A stretch of 63,999 bases of DNA, filler included, from an uncultured bacterium (GTDB lineage: Bacteria > Latescibacterota > UBA2968), in the NCBI GenBank assembly GCA_964471275.1. It is 7 parts of 7 records of this genome, joined end to end, with 100 filler letters (N's around TTAATTAATTAA, not from the genome) between each part and the next. Parts side by side here need not be neighbours in the genome. Positions count along the whole stretch, not along the records: positions 50,546 to 60,462 come from CAYYGZ010000178.1; positions 60,563 to 63,999 come from CAYYGZ010000340.1; 5 more parts are not named here. The stretch is one strand, 5' to 3'. Below are positions 51,720-60,935 of this stretch, one piece after another (within the stretch, counting starts at the first letter, position 1; each line of letters opens with the position of its first letter). Under the pieces are notes generated by a model. It searched no databases. It was not told the DNA's origin and saw nothing but the letters and a program-made list of their open reading frames with translations. Position numbers and translations under genes: made by a program.

Positions 51720-53897
51720 TCAGGCATTGGCTGCCAGCATACGGTCGACGACCTGTTGTCTGTACTCCTTCGACAGGCTTCGGAAATACGCACTGTAGCC
51801 GGTGATGCGCACTACCAGGTCGGGGTACGCTTCCGGATCGGCGTGTGCTTCCAGCAGCTGCTCCCGGGATATGACGTTGAGATTGATCAGTGTCCCCCCG
51901 AGGTCATTGTGTGTCTTGATCAGGGCGACGACGTTGTCGATGCCACCGAGGGTGTGTGCCAGTGAACTGTCCAGGTCGAGCTGCAGCGGCGTCGTGTTCC
52001 CCCAGCGGGGCTGCACCTCCGCTACCGCCGTCGATTTTGCCGTTGGTGCGCCGCCTCCGCCCGGCAGGAAGCCGGGGTCGGGGTTGGCATTGTGTGCGAC
52101 GCGGTCACCGGCACGCCGACCGTTGGGTGTGGCGCCGAGTATGCTGCCAAAGCGGTTCACGGTGCCGTGTGAGAACAGACCGGGCAGCACACGGTATCCC
52201 TTTGGTGTCGGTGTAGCGCGCACGAGGTCGCTGTAGATCTCGGAGATGCGCTTCGCCCAGTAATCGGCGCGTGTGCCGCCGGTTCCGAAGCGGGAAATCG
52301 ACTTCATCATCAGCCGCATATCTTCGGCTTCTTCCCAGTTGCCCGCGAGCAGATCTGCCAGCTCCTGCCAGGTCAGACGCTGCTCTTCAAACACCCGCTG
52401 TTCGATGGCGGCGAACGAGTCCGCCACGGTGGCCAGTCCAATGCCGTCGACGGTCAGGTTATAGATATCGACGCCACCCTCAGCCACGTCGAGCCCCCGC
52501 TCTATGGTCCCGTGCATAAACAGGTTGAGCACGATCTCGGCGGTAAGATGGGAGTGCCGCTCCATGTGCCAATCCTTGCCCTGTTTTACAGCATCGACGC
52601 TGATCGCGAGGTGGTCGCGGTAGCGGCCCAGCAACGCCTCTATGTCCGGTGCCTCACCGCCATCACGCTGTTTCGCGGTGGTGTCATCAAAGGCGCACAG
52701 AAACGGCGCCACGAGACACTGCCGGGTAACGTCCTGCAGGCAGTACTCGATTCCCGGAAGCGCCGTCCAGTTGCAGCCCACCTTCGCCCGCATACGCGCA
52801 AGTGACGTGGGGTAGCCGTTGCGGGCAAAGCCTTCGTCCAGCCCGTGGGAGCAGGCATAGCTGCAGCCCGTGCCGTCAGCGAATATGTTCACCACCGCCT
52901 GGCGCAGCAGGTCCGGGTCGAGATCGTCGTGTACGCGTACGGCAATGTTGGTCGGGATTCGGAGGCAGTGCATGGCCTCCAGTACCAGGAATGACACGCG
53001 GCTGGTGACGTCGTGGCCGTCGGCTGCAGGGCCGCCTATCTGCGAGTAGTGGGTGTCGTTAAAGAACAGGCTGGCCAGACACCAGACCGCTTCCTCATCT
53101 GTCAGCTGGCCGGCCTCGATGTCGGCCTCGTAGTAAGGGCGCAAGAGCTCGTCGATCTGTCCCAGAGCACCACCCGCCGACCACATGCGATCCACCGACT
53201 GGAACCAGGCCAGGAACTGACAGGCCTCGCGGAACGTGGCGGGCGGTCCATCGACCAGTCGCTCGTTTATCGACGCGATCTTGAGCAGGTTGTCCTGAGT
53301 TTCCGGATCGCCCTCGGCGGCGGCCATTTTTTGCGCCAGCGTCACGTGGCGGCGTATCCAGGCCTGAATGCCTTCGACAAAGGCTTCCTCGCCGTCGTAG
53401 AAAGCGGGGTCGTCAGGACGGTTGAGTGACCGGTAGCGTTTCAGCTTCTGCAGCAGCCCTCCCCAGCCAAGGTCGAGGCCGATGCGCATGTCGGGTCCTA
53501 GATGGTTCATCGCACCAATCCCGGGATAAAGCACGTGATACTTGTCGAACGTCGGCTGCAGATGGTGAGCCCGTTCTTCCTCTGGCCATCCACCTACGTT
53601 CGGGATGCTGCCTCGCATCCAGGCTCCCGCCAGGGCGCTCATAGGGTGGATGTAGGCGGGATGCACGCGCAGCCACTCTCTGAAGTTCTCGCCAATGGCG
53701 CGGATCCCGTGAGCCCGTCCATCCGGGTGGTTGGCGCTCACTGTGAACGGAATCGGTTCCGGCCACGGGATGCGACCGTGATCGTCGCTGTCGTGCGAGC
53801 CTTCGTCGCTGATCTTCTCACGTGTGTGTTTCTTCTTGGTCAGTCGCAGTGCATCGATCCGTGCCTGGTAGGTGAGGCTGACGGTTGTATCGATCAT
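51720..53897 (-). CDS. Glycyl radical enzyme (PFL-like superfamily), reaction unknown
   Basis: C-terminal glycyl loop DLVVRITGYSAYF; PATFREACQ, LGQIDELL, GATPNGR; cysteine loop KVGCNW. Confidence 0.93.
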   Translation of the reverse strand: MIDTTVSLTYQARIDALRLTKKKHTREKISDEGSHDSDDHGRIPWPEPIPFTVSANHPDGRAHGIRAIGENFREWLRVHPAYIHPMSALAGAWMRGSIPNVGGWPEEERAHHLQPTFDKYHVLYPGIGAMNHLGPDMRIGLDLGWGGLLQKLKRYRSLNRPDDPAFYDGEEAFVEGIQAWIRRHVTLAQKMAAAEGDPETQDNLLKIASINERLVDGPPATFREACQFLAWFQSVDRMWSAGGALGQIDELLRPYYEADIEAGQLTDEEAVWCLASLFFNDTHYSQIGGPAADGHDVTSRVSFLVLEAMHCLRIPTNIAVRVHDDLDPDLLRQAVVNIFADGTGCSYACSHGLDEGFARNGYPTSLARMRAKVGCNWTALPGIEYCLQDVTRQCLVAPFLCAFDDTTAKQRDGGEAPDIEALLGRYRDHLAISVDAVKQGKDWHMERHSHLTAEIVLNLFMHGTIERGLDVAEGGVDIYNLTVDGIGLATVADSFAAIEQRVFEEQRLTWQELADLLAGNWEEAEDMRLMMKSISRFGTGGTRADYWAKRISEIYSDLVRATPTPKGYRVLPGLFSHGTVNRFGSILGATPNGRRAGDRVAHNANPDPGFLPGGGGAPTAKSTAVAEVQPRWGNTTPLQLDLDSSLAHTLGGIDNVVALIKTHNDLGGTLINLNVISREQLLEAHADPEAYPDLVVRITGYSAYFRSLSKEYRQQVVDRMLAANA

Positions 53898-54835
53898 ATG
53901 GTTGTCTTTGCGTTTAGACGGACATCGTCAACATACTGGCGGGCTACGTCAGCCAGTTCCTGCAGCCTGTCGGCATCAGGCGTGTGGAGTGACCCGTTGC
54001 CTATAAGGCCGAAGCTCATAAGCTTGGCGTCGCCCAATGCGTGATAGGGAAGCAGTTCATAGTAAAGCAGGTCAGGCAAATCTCCAACAAGCCTCGCCAT
54101 GGCAGCGATCTCCTCGTTGCTGTCGTTGACTCCGCCCACCACCGGGGTTCGCACGATGACGGGGTGTCCCGCCGTGCCGAGATGTTCGAGGTTGGCGCGG
54201 ATACGCTCACCCCCGGTGCCGACGAATTGATGATGACGGTCCGGGTCCAGAACCTTGAGATCGTAGAGTACCAGATCGCAGTGGGGCAGGAGGGAGGCCA
54301 GCTGTGACCAGGGATAGTTACCGGCGGTGTCCACGGCCGTATGCAGACTGTGGCTACGGCACGCCGAGAGCAGCTGGCGCAAATAGTCGGTCTGCAACAC
54401 GGGCTCTCCTCCGGAGAAGGTGACGCCGCCGCCAGAAGATTGGTAGTAGGGCTCATCCTTGATGACCTCGGCTAGGACTTCCGCGACCGACATCTTCCGG
54501 CCGCAAATCTCCAGCGCGCCGGAGAAGCACTCGTCCGCGCAGCTTCCGCAGGCTCTGCAGACGTCGCGGTCATAGGTCCGTCCCGTCTCGTCAAGGCCCT
54601 GGGCTCCGACCGGGCAGACGGCAACGCAGCGGCCGCAGGCGATACACCGGTCCATATGGACCTGGAGTAGCGGCGCGGCGCGTATGGACTCGGGGTTATG
54701 GCACCACGTGCAGCGGTTCGAGCACCCCTTGAGAAATACGGTGGTGCGCACGCCTGGACCGTCCGTTGTCGTACAACGCTGGATGTTGAAGACGGTACCG
54801 CTAAGCGTGGTGCCTACGTCGGGTGTGTTCGACAT
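53894..54835 (-). CDS. Glycyl radical enzyme activase (radical SAM, with ferredoxin insert)
   Basis: DGPGVRTTVFLKGCSNRCTWCHNPES, CIACGRCVAVCP, CRACGSCADEC, GGVTFSGGEP, LLPYH; stop overlaps the GRE start (ATGA). Confidence 0.95.
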   Translation of the reverse strand: MSNTPDVGTTLSGTVFNIQRCTTTDGPGVRTTVFLKGCSNRCTWCHNPESIRAAPLLQVHMDRCIACGRCVAVCPVGAQGLDETGRTYDRDVCRACGSCADECFSGALEICGRKMSVAEVLAEVIKDEPYYQSSGGGVTFSGGEPVLQTDYLRQLLSACRSHSLHTAVDTAGNYPWSQLASLLPHCDLVLYDLKVLDPDRHHQFVGTGGERIRANLEHLGTAGHPVIVRTPVVGGVNDSNEEIAAMARLVGDLPDLLYYELLPYHALGDAKLMSFGLIGNGSLHTPDADRLQELADVARQYVDDVRLNAKTTI

Positions 54836-55004
54836 GATGCCTTTACGCGTTCGCGCCCCATCGAGATGGGGTGATGAGGTTGCAGTGCCTGAGATCCGTG
54901 CGTCGTGCCGCTTCTGTATTACGGTGGCTGCGGCGATGATTCGTTGGGATCTGCGTGCTCGGCTATGTGCCCTGTCTCTATAGATAGGGATTGGCCCATG
55001 TTCT

Positions 55005-55019
55005 GGAAAAGCGTTTTCC
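55005..55019. promoter_or_regulatory. Candidate operator upstream of the activase-GRE pair
   Basis: Palindrome GGAAAA-GCG-TTTTCC, resembling LacI-family sites. Confidence 0.35.
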
Positions 55020-55210
55020 TGAGGAACGCAAGATCCCGTCGGACCCGGCCGCGCGGGACTGCTCATGGCGTTTCTGCAATATACACGTGGGGTTGATAGG
55101 CTGGCGGTTTGAAGTGCCGATTGGGACAAAGGTCTGAGACTGTGATCCGCACGTGTAGTCGAAATTCCGCGTGGTGCCTCCCTGATGTGAGGGGTATTTG
55201 AGGTGAGGGA

Positions 55211-56323
55211 TCAGGCCGCCACCTGTGCCTCGATCTCGTCGAGCTTGTCGGGGGTGACCGCGGCGTCAATGAAGAGGGCGAGCCCCTCGGGGCGGAGTTC
55301 CTCTAGAAGCATCGGGATCTCATCCGGGATGTGGACCATGATGAGCAGCGATCGGCCCCGATCCTGGATCTTGCGGAACATGTCGAGCCAGCGGAGGGCG
55401 GAAGGGGTGCCCGCGCCCGGTGTGAACTGGATGGCATCGAGAGCGTCGACCTCGAGCAGGGCGTCGATGTGAACGGCCGCGTCGGGCCCGTCCAGGTGGA
55501 AGATGGCCCGGCCGACGGCTTCGGCCTGTCCGGCGATATCGGGGAGCAAGAGTTTCCGAAAATGGTCAGGGCCGACCAGGGCGTTGAGGTCGCAGGCGGG
55601 AATGACGTAGGGCACATTGGACCAGAGCATGTGCCAATGGATGATGCCGGCGCCTTCCGGGAGAACGCGATCATAGAGTGCCGAGAACGCACGCCGCCAG
55701 GATGGGTCGATGCGCTTGAGGGACGAGTCGATCGCGTCGGGATTCAGCGCGACGTCCAGACAAATGGCTTCCGATCCCCGCAGGTTCAGCAGTACGTCGG
55801 CGGAGCCACCGAGATCTGGCGTGCAGACAAGGTAGCGGCCGGCCGCATCCCTGGCCGCGAGATCCAGGAGCTTGTGCAGAAGCTGCCAGTCCGCGTTGTC
55901 GTCGGCAATCGACCAGTCCGGCGCATTCGACCATTCGTCATCGATGAAGGCGTGTGTCCAGCAGGTGTCAGAACCGACCTCGCGGAGGCCACCAACCAGT
56001 GAACTGATGAGAACGGGGCCAAAGTCGACACGCACGCTAGGCAAGGCGTCCGAGGTCCGGTACCGCTGCTGCATGTCTGTGACTTTCGCCTCCAGCCAGG
56101 CTGCGGGATTGGTCATGAGGTCCAATCGTCTGTTGATCGGACGTCCAGGATCCGGGTTGGCGAATCCGATCAGGATCGGTCGATCGAGGACGTCGTGGGC
56201 CCACCACGCTTCGAAGCGTTTCGCGACCGCCGGGAAGTGAGGGCATTGCTCGAGTGGTTCGGATGACAACGCTTTGAGTGAACGCTTCCAGGAGGCAAGG
56301 TCGGGCAACATTTCGGTCGGCAT
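55211..56323 (-). CDS. UROD/MetE-like TIM-barrel protein (corrinoid methyltransferase MT2-like)
   Basis: RFEAWW, VDFGP, PDLGG, LRG, CD, FHLDGP, IQFTPGAG. Confidence 0.7.
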   Translation of the reverse strand: MPTEMLPDLASWKRSLKALSSEPLEQCPHFPAVAKRFEAWWAHDVLDRPILIGFANPDPGRPINRRLDLMTNPAAWLEAKVTDMQQRYRTSDALPSVRVDFGPVLISSLVGGLREVGSDTCWTHAFIDDEWSNAPDWSIADDNADWQLLHKLLDLAARDAAGRYLVCTPDLGGSADVLLNLRGSEAICLDVALNPDAIDSSLKRIDPSWRRAFSALYDRVLPEGAGIIHWHMLWSNVPYVIPACDLNALVGPDHFRKLLLPDIAGQAEAVGRAIFHLDGPDAAVHIDALLEVDALDAIQFTPGAGTPSALRWLDMFRKIQDRGRSLLIMVHIPDEIPMLLEELRPEGLALFIDAAVTPDKLDEIEAQVAA

Positions 56324-56574
56324 AGAACTCTCATTCAGGTGTGTGGCTATTAACGAGTTAAAAAAACCCCAGATGGGTGTGCAGTGACTATGGTTTCGGC
56401 GGACGTCAGAGCGGCGACGAGGGCCCTGCTCGGGACAAGCTCGAGCCGGTCTGGGTAGCTGGGTTCCCGAGAAAGCACGCACAGTGTCCCGTGTTCGTGC
56501 TGGTGATAGTGCGTTTGCCGGGGAAGGCTACCTCACGGGATTTGCACGGGAGTCAGAGCGAGTTCTATCATCTA

Positions 56575-57801
56575 TCACCCCCATCCCCCCGTCGCGGTAG
56601 CCTGCACCGGAAATGCCGCCCTCAGCGTGGCCACGTCCCGCTTCTCTCCCTTCACAACCTGGTCGACCGACACCAACCCAAGGATCATTTTCATCAGGTC
56701 GTCCTGTCCCAGATCCACCCCGCTCCCTCTCCGTTCATCCACCGTCACGCGCTCTCCATCCCAGACCAGTCCAACCGTCTCACCCCGCACACGAAGACCG
56801 ACCTCACCCGGTGTCTGCTCTGCTGTGCATAGCCGCACCGTCAGCTCCGGGACAATCGCCTCGAGCAATCCCCTCAGACTCAGCACCTGCAGCATGTTTC
56901 CGCCTTCAGACGACTGCCAGAGCGACGGCACGAACCCGCAGCTTGCGTCCCGGTACAGATCGTAAAGAGTGGGGTCCAGCGGCAGCCGCGCCCGGACCGA
57001 TTCAGCACCCGCAATCGCTGCCTGACGCAGGACGTATCGCAGCGTTTCTCCAAACGGTCGGGTGTCACTCAGATCACACGCCCCGCTGGAGATCGACACC
57101 GCCGGCGAGAGCAGCGTATGTGGCGGCGTGTTCTGTGATGCAAAGATGTAGGCCCGGACCGCGCCGTCCACCTCGTAGATCACGCGCCACGGATCGTCGA
57201 CGCCAACCCCGAACGATCGCGCCGGTTCCGCCCCGGTCCGTCCTGCGTTGAAGGCCGCGTAAAGCGCTTCGCACGCCGCCGCATCTTGGCGTCCGTCATA
57301 CGCCCTGATCCGGGCATCCTCCTCTGGACGATCCAGGTAGTTTACCGGATCGGTGTACCCGCCCCGAGACGTCAATCCCCCCAGTGGGAAGCTGATCGAG
57401 CCCCGTGGGAATGGCACCCACCCGAACTGCTCGTAGAACCGCCGATACCCGCCCAACCGGGACAGGGGATACCCGTCCGCCCTCACCTGCTCCACGGTCT
57501 TCTGCATCAGCGTCGTTCCGAGCCCCTCTCCCTGGCGGTCTGGCGTGATACACACTTCGCCCACGTCCGCCTTGGCCAGGACAGACCGCCCCACCTGAAT
57601 CTCATCCCGCCGAATGTGCACGGTCCCAACGATTATGCCCTCCTGCACAAGCACCCAGTACGCGTCGATTTCGCTCGTAATTCTCTTCCTGTCACGCTCA
57701 TACTTCACCGACCACGGCGCTCTCCCAAACGCCTGTGCCGTGACGCGAAGGATCGCTCCCGCATCTCCCGCCAGCGCTTGCCTGAATTCAATGCGATTCA
57801 T
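56575..57801 (-). CDS. GNAT acetyltransferase, Eis-like architecture
   Basis: VGEVCITPDRQGEGLGTTLM, FYEQFGW, C-terminal LMKMILG. Confidence 0.8.
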   Translation of the reverse strand: MNRIEFRQALAGDAGAILRVTAQAFGRAPWSVKYERDRKRITSEIDAYWVLVQEGIIVGTVHIRRDEIQVGRSVLAKADVGEVCITPDRQGEGLGTTLMQKTVEQVRADGYPLSRLGGYRRFYEQFGWVPFPRGSISFPLGGLTSRGGYTDPVNYLDRPEEDARIRAYDGRQDAAACEALYAAFNAGRTGAEPARSFGVGVDDPWRVIYEVDGAVRAYIFASQNTPPHTLLSPAVSISSGACDLSDTRPFGETLRYVLRQAAIAGAESVRARLPLDPTLYDLYRDASCGFVPSLWQSSEGGNMLQVLSLRGLLEAIVPELTVRLCTAEQTPGEVGLRVRGETVGLVWDGERVTVDERRGSGVDLGQDDLMKMILGLVSVDQVVKGEKRDVATLRAAFPVQATATGGWG

Positions 57802-58264
57802 CGAAGAAGTCCGTTGGCACACGCAGCGACCACACCTGGCGGTCGAGGATCTTGGCACAATCGGCGATCAGCTAAATCCTGTTGTTGTGTATCAGAGCCG
57901 AGTGTTCGTGACGCGGTGTCCAGATGACGACGGCGGTCACCTGGGTCCACTCGGTGCCGTCGGTGGACGACCAGACCTAGTTGTAGCAGGTGTCGCCAGG
58001 CATGTGGCGACCGCCCATGATCCACAAACGACCAAAGTGGACGACGGTGGCGGGCAGGTCGCTGTGCTCCCATGGCGTTTCGTCCACCGTACACGTCCAA
58101 TTCACGCCGTCCGGAAACTTCCACACGTCGCGCGGGCCGATCTTCTCTGGCGAGTACCATCCGCCGAGAATCCACAGGTGACCGTCGTGGACGAACTCGC
58201 CTTGTGAATCCCGCGGCTGGAAGGGAGCTTGGGGATTCACGAGTTCCCAATCGGGGCCGTGCAC
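57788..58264 (-). pseudogene. Kelch-repeat protein pseudogene
   Basis: LWILGG, LWIMGG, DVW..DG..W repeats. In-frame TAG at 57977 (N*VWSSTDG) and 57872 (NRI*LIA); too few blades for a full propeller. Confidence 0.75.
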
Positions 58265-58806
58265 CGTTCGATGTGAAGATATGGGTTCTTCTTCTCTACG
58301 TATGACAGGTATCGGTACAAACTACGGAAACGGAATAGCTCTGGTTGGCAGAGCTTCCTCTGTAAGACTGCGTTTCGCACACGTCTGCCAGGATTTCTGC
58401 ATTTGCGCGCGTCTGTCAGATCATCTGGTCGCGAAGACTCTCACGATCGATGGGTTGCTGACTGTCCTCACAGCTGGCGACTCCCATCCAGAACCAGGGG
58501 AGGCCGCGAGAGCCGGGTAGATTGCCGCCGGTGCTGATGGCCGATAGCGTTGTTGCGCTGTGAGGTCGCGCGGTACCGCAGAGCCGTCACCCCCAGGACG
58601 ACACGTCCTGGATTCTGGCCGTATGGTGAAGATTCTGCCACAGAGCAATCTACCTCTGAGTGTCCCACTGATCGGGGTATCGGTACTTCCACGGGCTTCC
58701 TTGTCCAATTGTAGAGTGGGTCGACTCAGTGCCTCGAGGGCCATCACGCTTGACCTGGCGGTGCTGTCGGTAAGTGTTGTGCCGGTGCCGGTTCATTTGC
58801 CATCCG

Positions 58807-60033
58807 TCACCTCGCTTCGATCAGCGAGATCAGCAGCTCTACCGCCTCTTTGACGAATGCGGGATCCTCCGCGTGCGTTTCGCGTTCGATCAGCTCAACA
58901 TTGTCGGGTAGCGTCGATCTGATCTCCTGGAGGAACGCCTCGTCACTCTCCTGATCTTCCAACACCATGCCCTCAGCAGAATAGCGGCTGACTCCCTTCG
59001 TCGGCACAATGAGATGAGCCTTGCCCTCTGCACTGGCCAGGCGGCCGGTGATCTCCCTTGCCACACGGACAATCTCGTGTTTCGTAAGTCTTGGCACGAA
59101 GACAATCGGGTTGTGGAAGGTGTATTTGTACTGGCTGTATTTCTCCGGGACCTCGTTAGGGGTAGACACGAGCAGACCCAGGTGCTCGGCTCCGCCCGGA
59201 CACACGACCTGAGGCAGACCCAGCTTGCCGGCCACGGTCAGACGTTCCGGGCCACCCGCGCGGAGTCCGTCGAACAGTTCATCAGCGATTTCTCCCATGG
59301 CGTAGTCAAAGACGGCGCCGATGATGCCTTCCTTCATCATCTGTTCCATCGCCTGCCCCCCGGAGCCCACGGCGTGGAAGACGATAACCTCGTAGCCGGC
59401 CTGGTTGAACAGGTCGAGGGCGATCATCGCCCCCTCCGTCAGCACACCCAGATTTGTCATACCGATAAGTGGTTTGTCTCTCTCCGAGGATCTGATGGGC
59501 TGCTCGATCTGGGCCATGCCGTAGGCAGCACCGGCCGCGTTGGCGAGGATGCCGCACGTGAACGTGTTGAGTCCCAGGATGTCACTGACCGAGAACATCA
59601 TGGTCACATCCTTGACACCGACGAAGGCAGAGGTATCTCCCGAGGCCATGGTGGACACCATGATCTTGGGGAAGCCGTAGGGCAGTGCTTGCAGGACCAG
59701 GCTGCCGTTTGAGGTCCCCTGAGTTCCGCCCAAGCAGATGATGGCGTGGATCCTTCCTTCATCGACCAGCTTGCCTACAATCTTTGTCGCACCGGCTACC
59801 ATCACCGGCGAGGCGCCTTGTCGGTTCGGGTCTTTTAGGATATCCTCGAGACGGGTTCCACCAGCGGCGGCGAGTTCGCCACGTTGGATATCGGCGTGTG
59901 TTCCCGGCTCACCAACGACTCCCATATCGATCAGCAGGGCAGATCCGCCGAGCTGTTCAATCTGCTCGCGGATGTAGTTGGCCTCCTGACCTTTGGTATC
60001 GAGCGTAGCCAACACGGCGATGGTTTTCTTCAT
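58807..60033 (-). CDS. Tm-1-like ATP-binding domain protein (UPF0261)
   Basis: ATLDTKGQE, GGTQGT, LPYGFPKIMVSTMASG, SDILGLN, FHAVGSGG. Confidence 0.9.
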   Translation of the reverse strand: MKKTIAVLATLDTKGQEANYIREQIEQLGGSALLIDMGVVGEPGTHADIQRGELAAAGGTRLEDILKDPNRQGASPVMVAGATKIVGKLVDEGRIHAIICLGGTQGTSNGSLVLQALPYGFPKIMVSTMASGDTSAFVGVKDVTMMFSVSDILGLNTFTCGILANAAGAAYGMAQIEQPIRSSERDKPLIGMTNLGVLTEGAMIALDLFNQAGYEVIVFHAVGSGGQAMEQMMKEGIIGAVFDYAMGEIADELFDGLRAGGPERLTVAGKLGLPQVVCPGGAEHLGLLVSTPNEVPEKYSQYKYTFHNPIVFVPRLTKHEIVRVAREITGRLASAEGKAHLIVPTKGVSRYSAEGMVLEDQESDEAFLQEIRSTLPDNVELIERETHAEDPAFVKEAVELLISLIEAR

Positions 60034-60036
60034 GAC

Positions 60037-60462
60037 TCAGTCTCCAAAGGACAGGTTGGCGAACTGCGAGGCCGTCTCCGTGACCGCCTTCTCGATCGGA
60101 ATACGTTCGGTCGATGAACCCGTCCAGATGCCGTGCCCCGAGGTGTGGTCGAGCATGTACTGACCGTCTTCGGGTGTCTCCATTGCCGCCCCGTGACCGA
60201 TGAGAATCAGATCTGGCTTGATACTCAGTACCTTCTGGTATGCTTCCTCTGTGCGCCGGGCTGTCTCCTCGATGGTCTCACCCGAGTCGAATCCCTTCAA
60301 ACCTCCCTTGGTGGTCCCGGCGTGAAAGCAGAACACATCTGGCTGAGCTTCCTCCACGACCTGTATGCTGTCGTCAAGATCGAAGGCCAGGGCGACACTC
60401 ACCATGTCCATCTCCCTGGCCAGCTTCAGCATCTCCACCTCGTGCTCGAAGGTGATGCCGCT
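60037..60462 (-). CDS. TIM-barrel (PEP-hydrolase-like) partner of the Tm-1-like protein, 5'-truncated
   Basis: EVEML..A, HAGTTKGG, GHG, GSSTERIP.E; canonical neighbour of UPF0261. Confidence 0.8.
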   Translation of the reverse strand, partial: SGITFEHEVEMLKLAREMDMVSVALAFDLDDSIQVVEEAQPDVFCFHAGTTKGGLKGFDSGETIEETARRTEEAYQKVLSIKPDLILIGHGAAMETPEDGQYMLDHTSGHGIWTGSSTERIPIEKAVTETASQFANLSFGD

Positions 60463-60562
60463 NNNNNNNNNNNNNNNNNNNNNNNNNNNNNNNNNNNNNN
60501 NNNNNNTTAATTAATTAANNNNNNNNNNNNNNNNNNNNNNNNNNNNNNNNNNNNNNNNNNNN
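60463..60562. other. Artificial contig spacer
   Basis: N-run + TTAATTAATTAA + N-run. Confidence 0.99.
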
Positions 60563-60715
60563 CTTCAGTCTCTTGAGAAATAGATTCCCGGACTCGGCAG
60601 AATGCTCCTGTCCGCTTTCCGGGTAGGCGTATTTGCTAGAATGCTGAAAAATAAGGCGTTACGTGCCTAGGACGGGGGTGGGTGGGTTGAGGGCTTTCGC
60701 CCCCTCCTGGGATAA

Positions 60716-60731
60716 TGCAAGCTTGGTGCCA
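60716..60731 (-). promoter_or_regulatory. Sigma-54 (-24/-12) promoter
   Basis: Minus strand TGGCAC-CAAGC-TTGCA, a perfect match to TGGCAC-N5-TTGCW, in an intergenic region. Confidence 0.75.
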
Positions 60732-60880
60732 AGCTCGGTGGGGTCGCCCTCTGCTCCTTAGATCGGCGGATTCTCCAATCTGTTGAGCGTTTTCTCTGAC
60801 GCGTCGGCCGTTGGTCAGGACAGGTGAGACCAAAATCCGGTTCTGGTGCCTAGATAGTTGACTTTAGGCAATTTGAACAG

Positions 60881-60911
60881 AACTGGGCCGCCCGTGTCGG
60901 ACGGCCCAGTT
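60881..60911 (-). terminator. Hairpin terminator after the oxidoreductase
   Basis: AACTGGGCCGCCCG / CGGACGGCCCAGTT stem (one G-U on the minus strand). Confidence 0.65.
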
Positions 60912-60935
60912 GGAAGCTAGCTTCTATTGGGGGAT

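Noticed and set aside
51720..53897. Annotating the GRE as pyruvate formate-lyase (pflB)
   Set aside because: It lacks the adjacent Cys-Cys pair, and the activase has a ferredoxin insert that PflA lacks.
41884..54835. A functional cluster linking the OFOR operon and the GRE
   Set aside because: They lie on different contigs separated by an artificial spacer.
5606..58264. Stop-codon reassignment or pyrrolysine, suggested by in-frame TAG/TGA
   Set aside because: The internal stops sit at positions implying different residues (for example an acidic residue versus Trp) and co-occur with frameshifts or deletions. TAG and TGA end normal genes here, and no pyl or sel genes are visible.
58265..58806. 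Short ORFs (58421-58747 and others) in the 540-nt gap
   Set aside because: No motifs and no consistent RBS; probably non-coding or decayed sequence.
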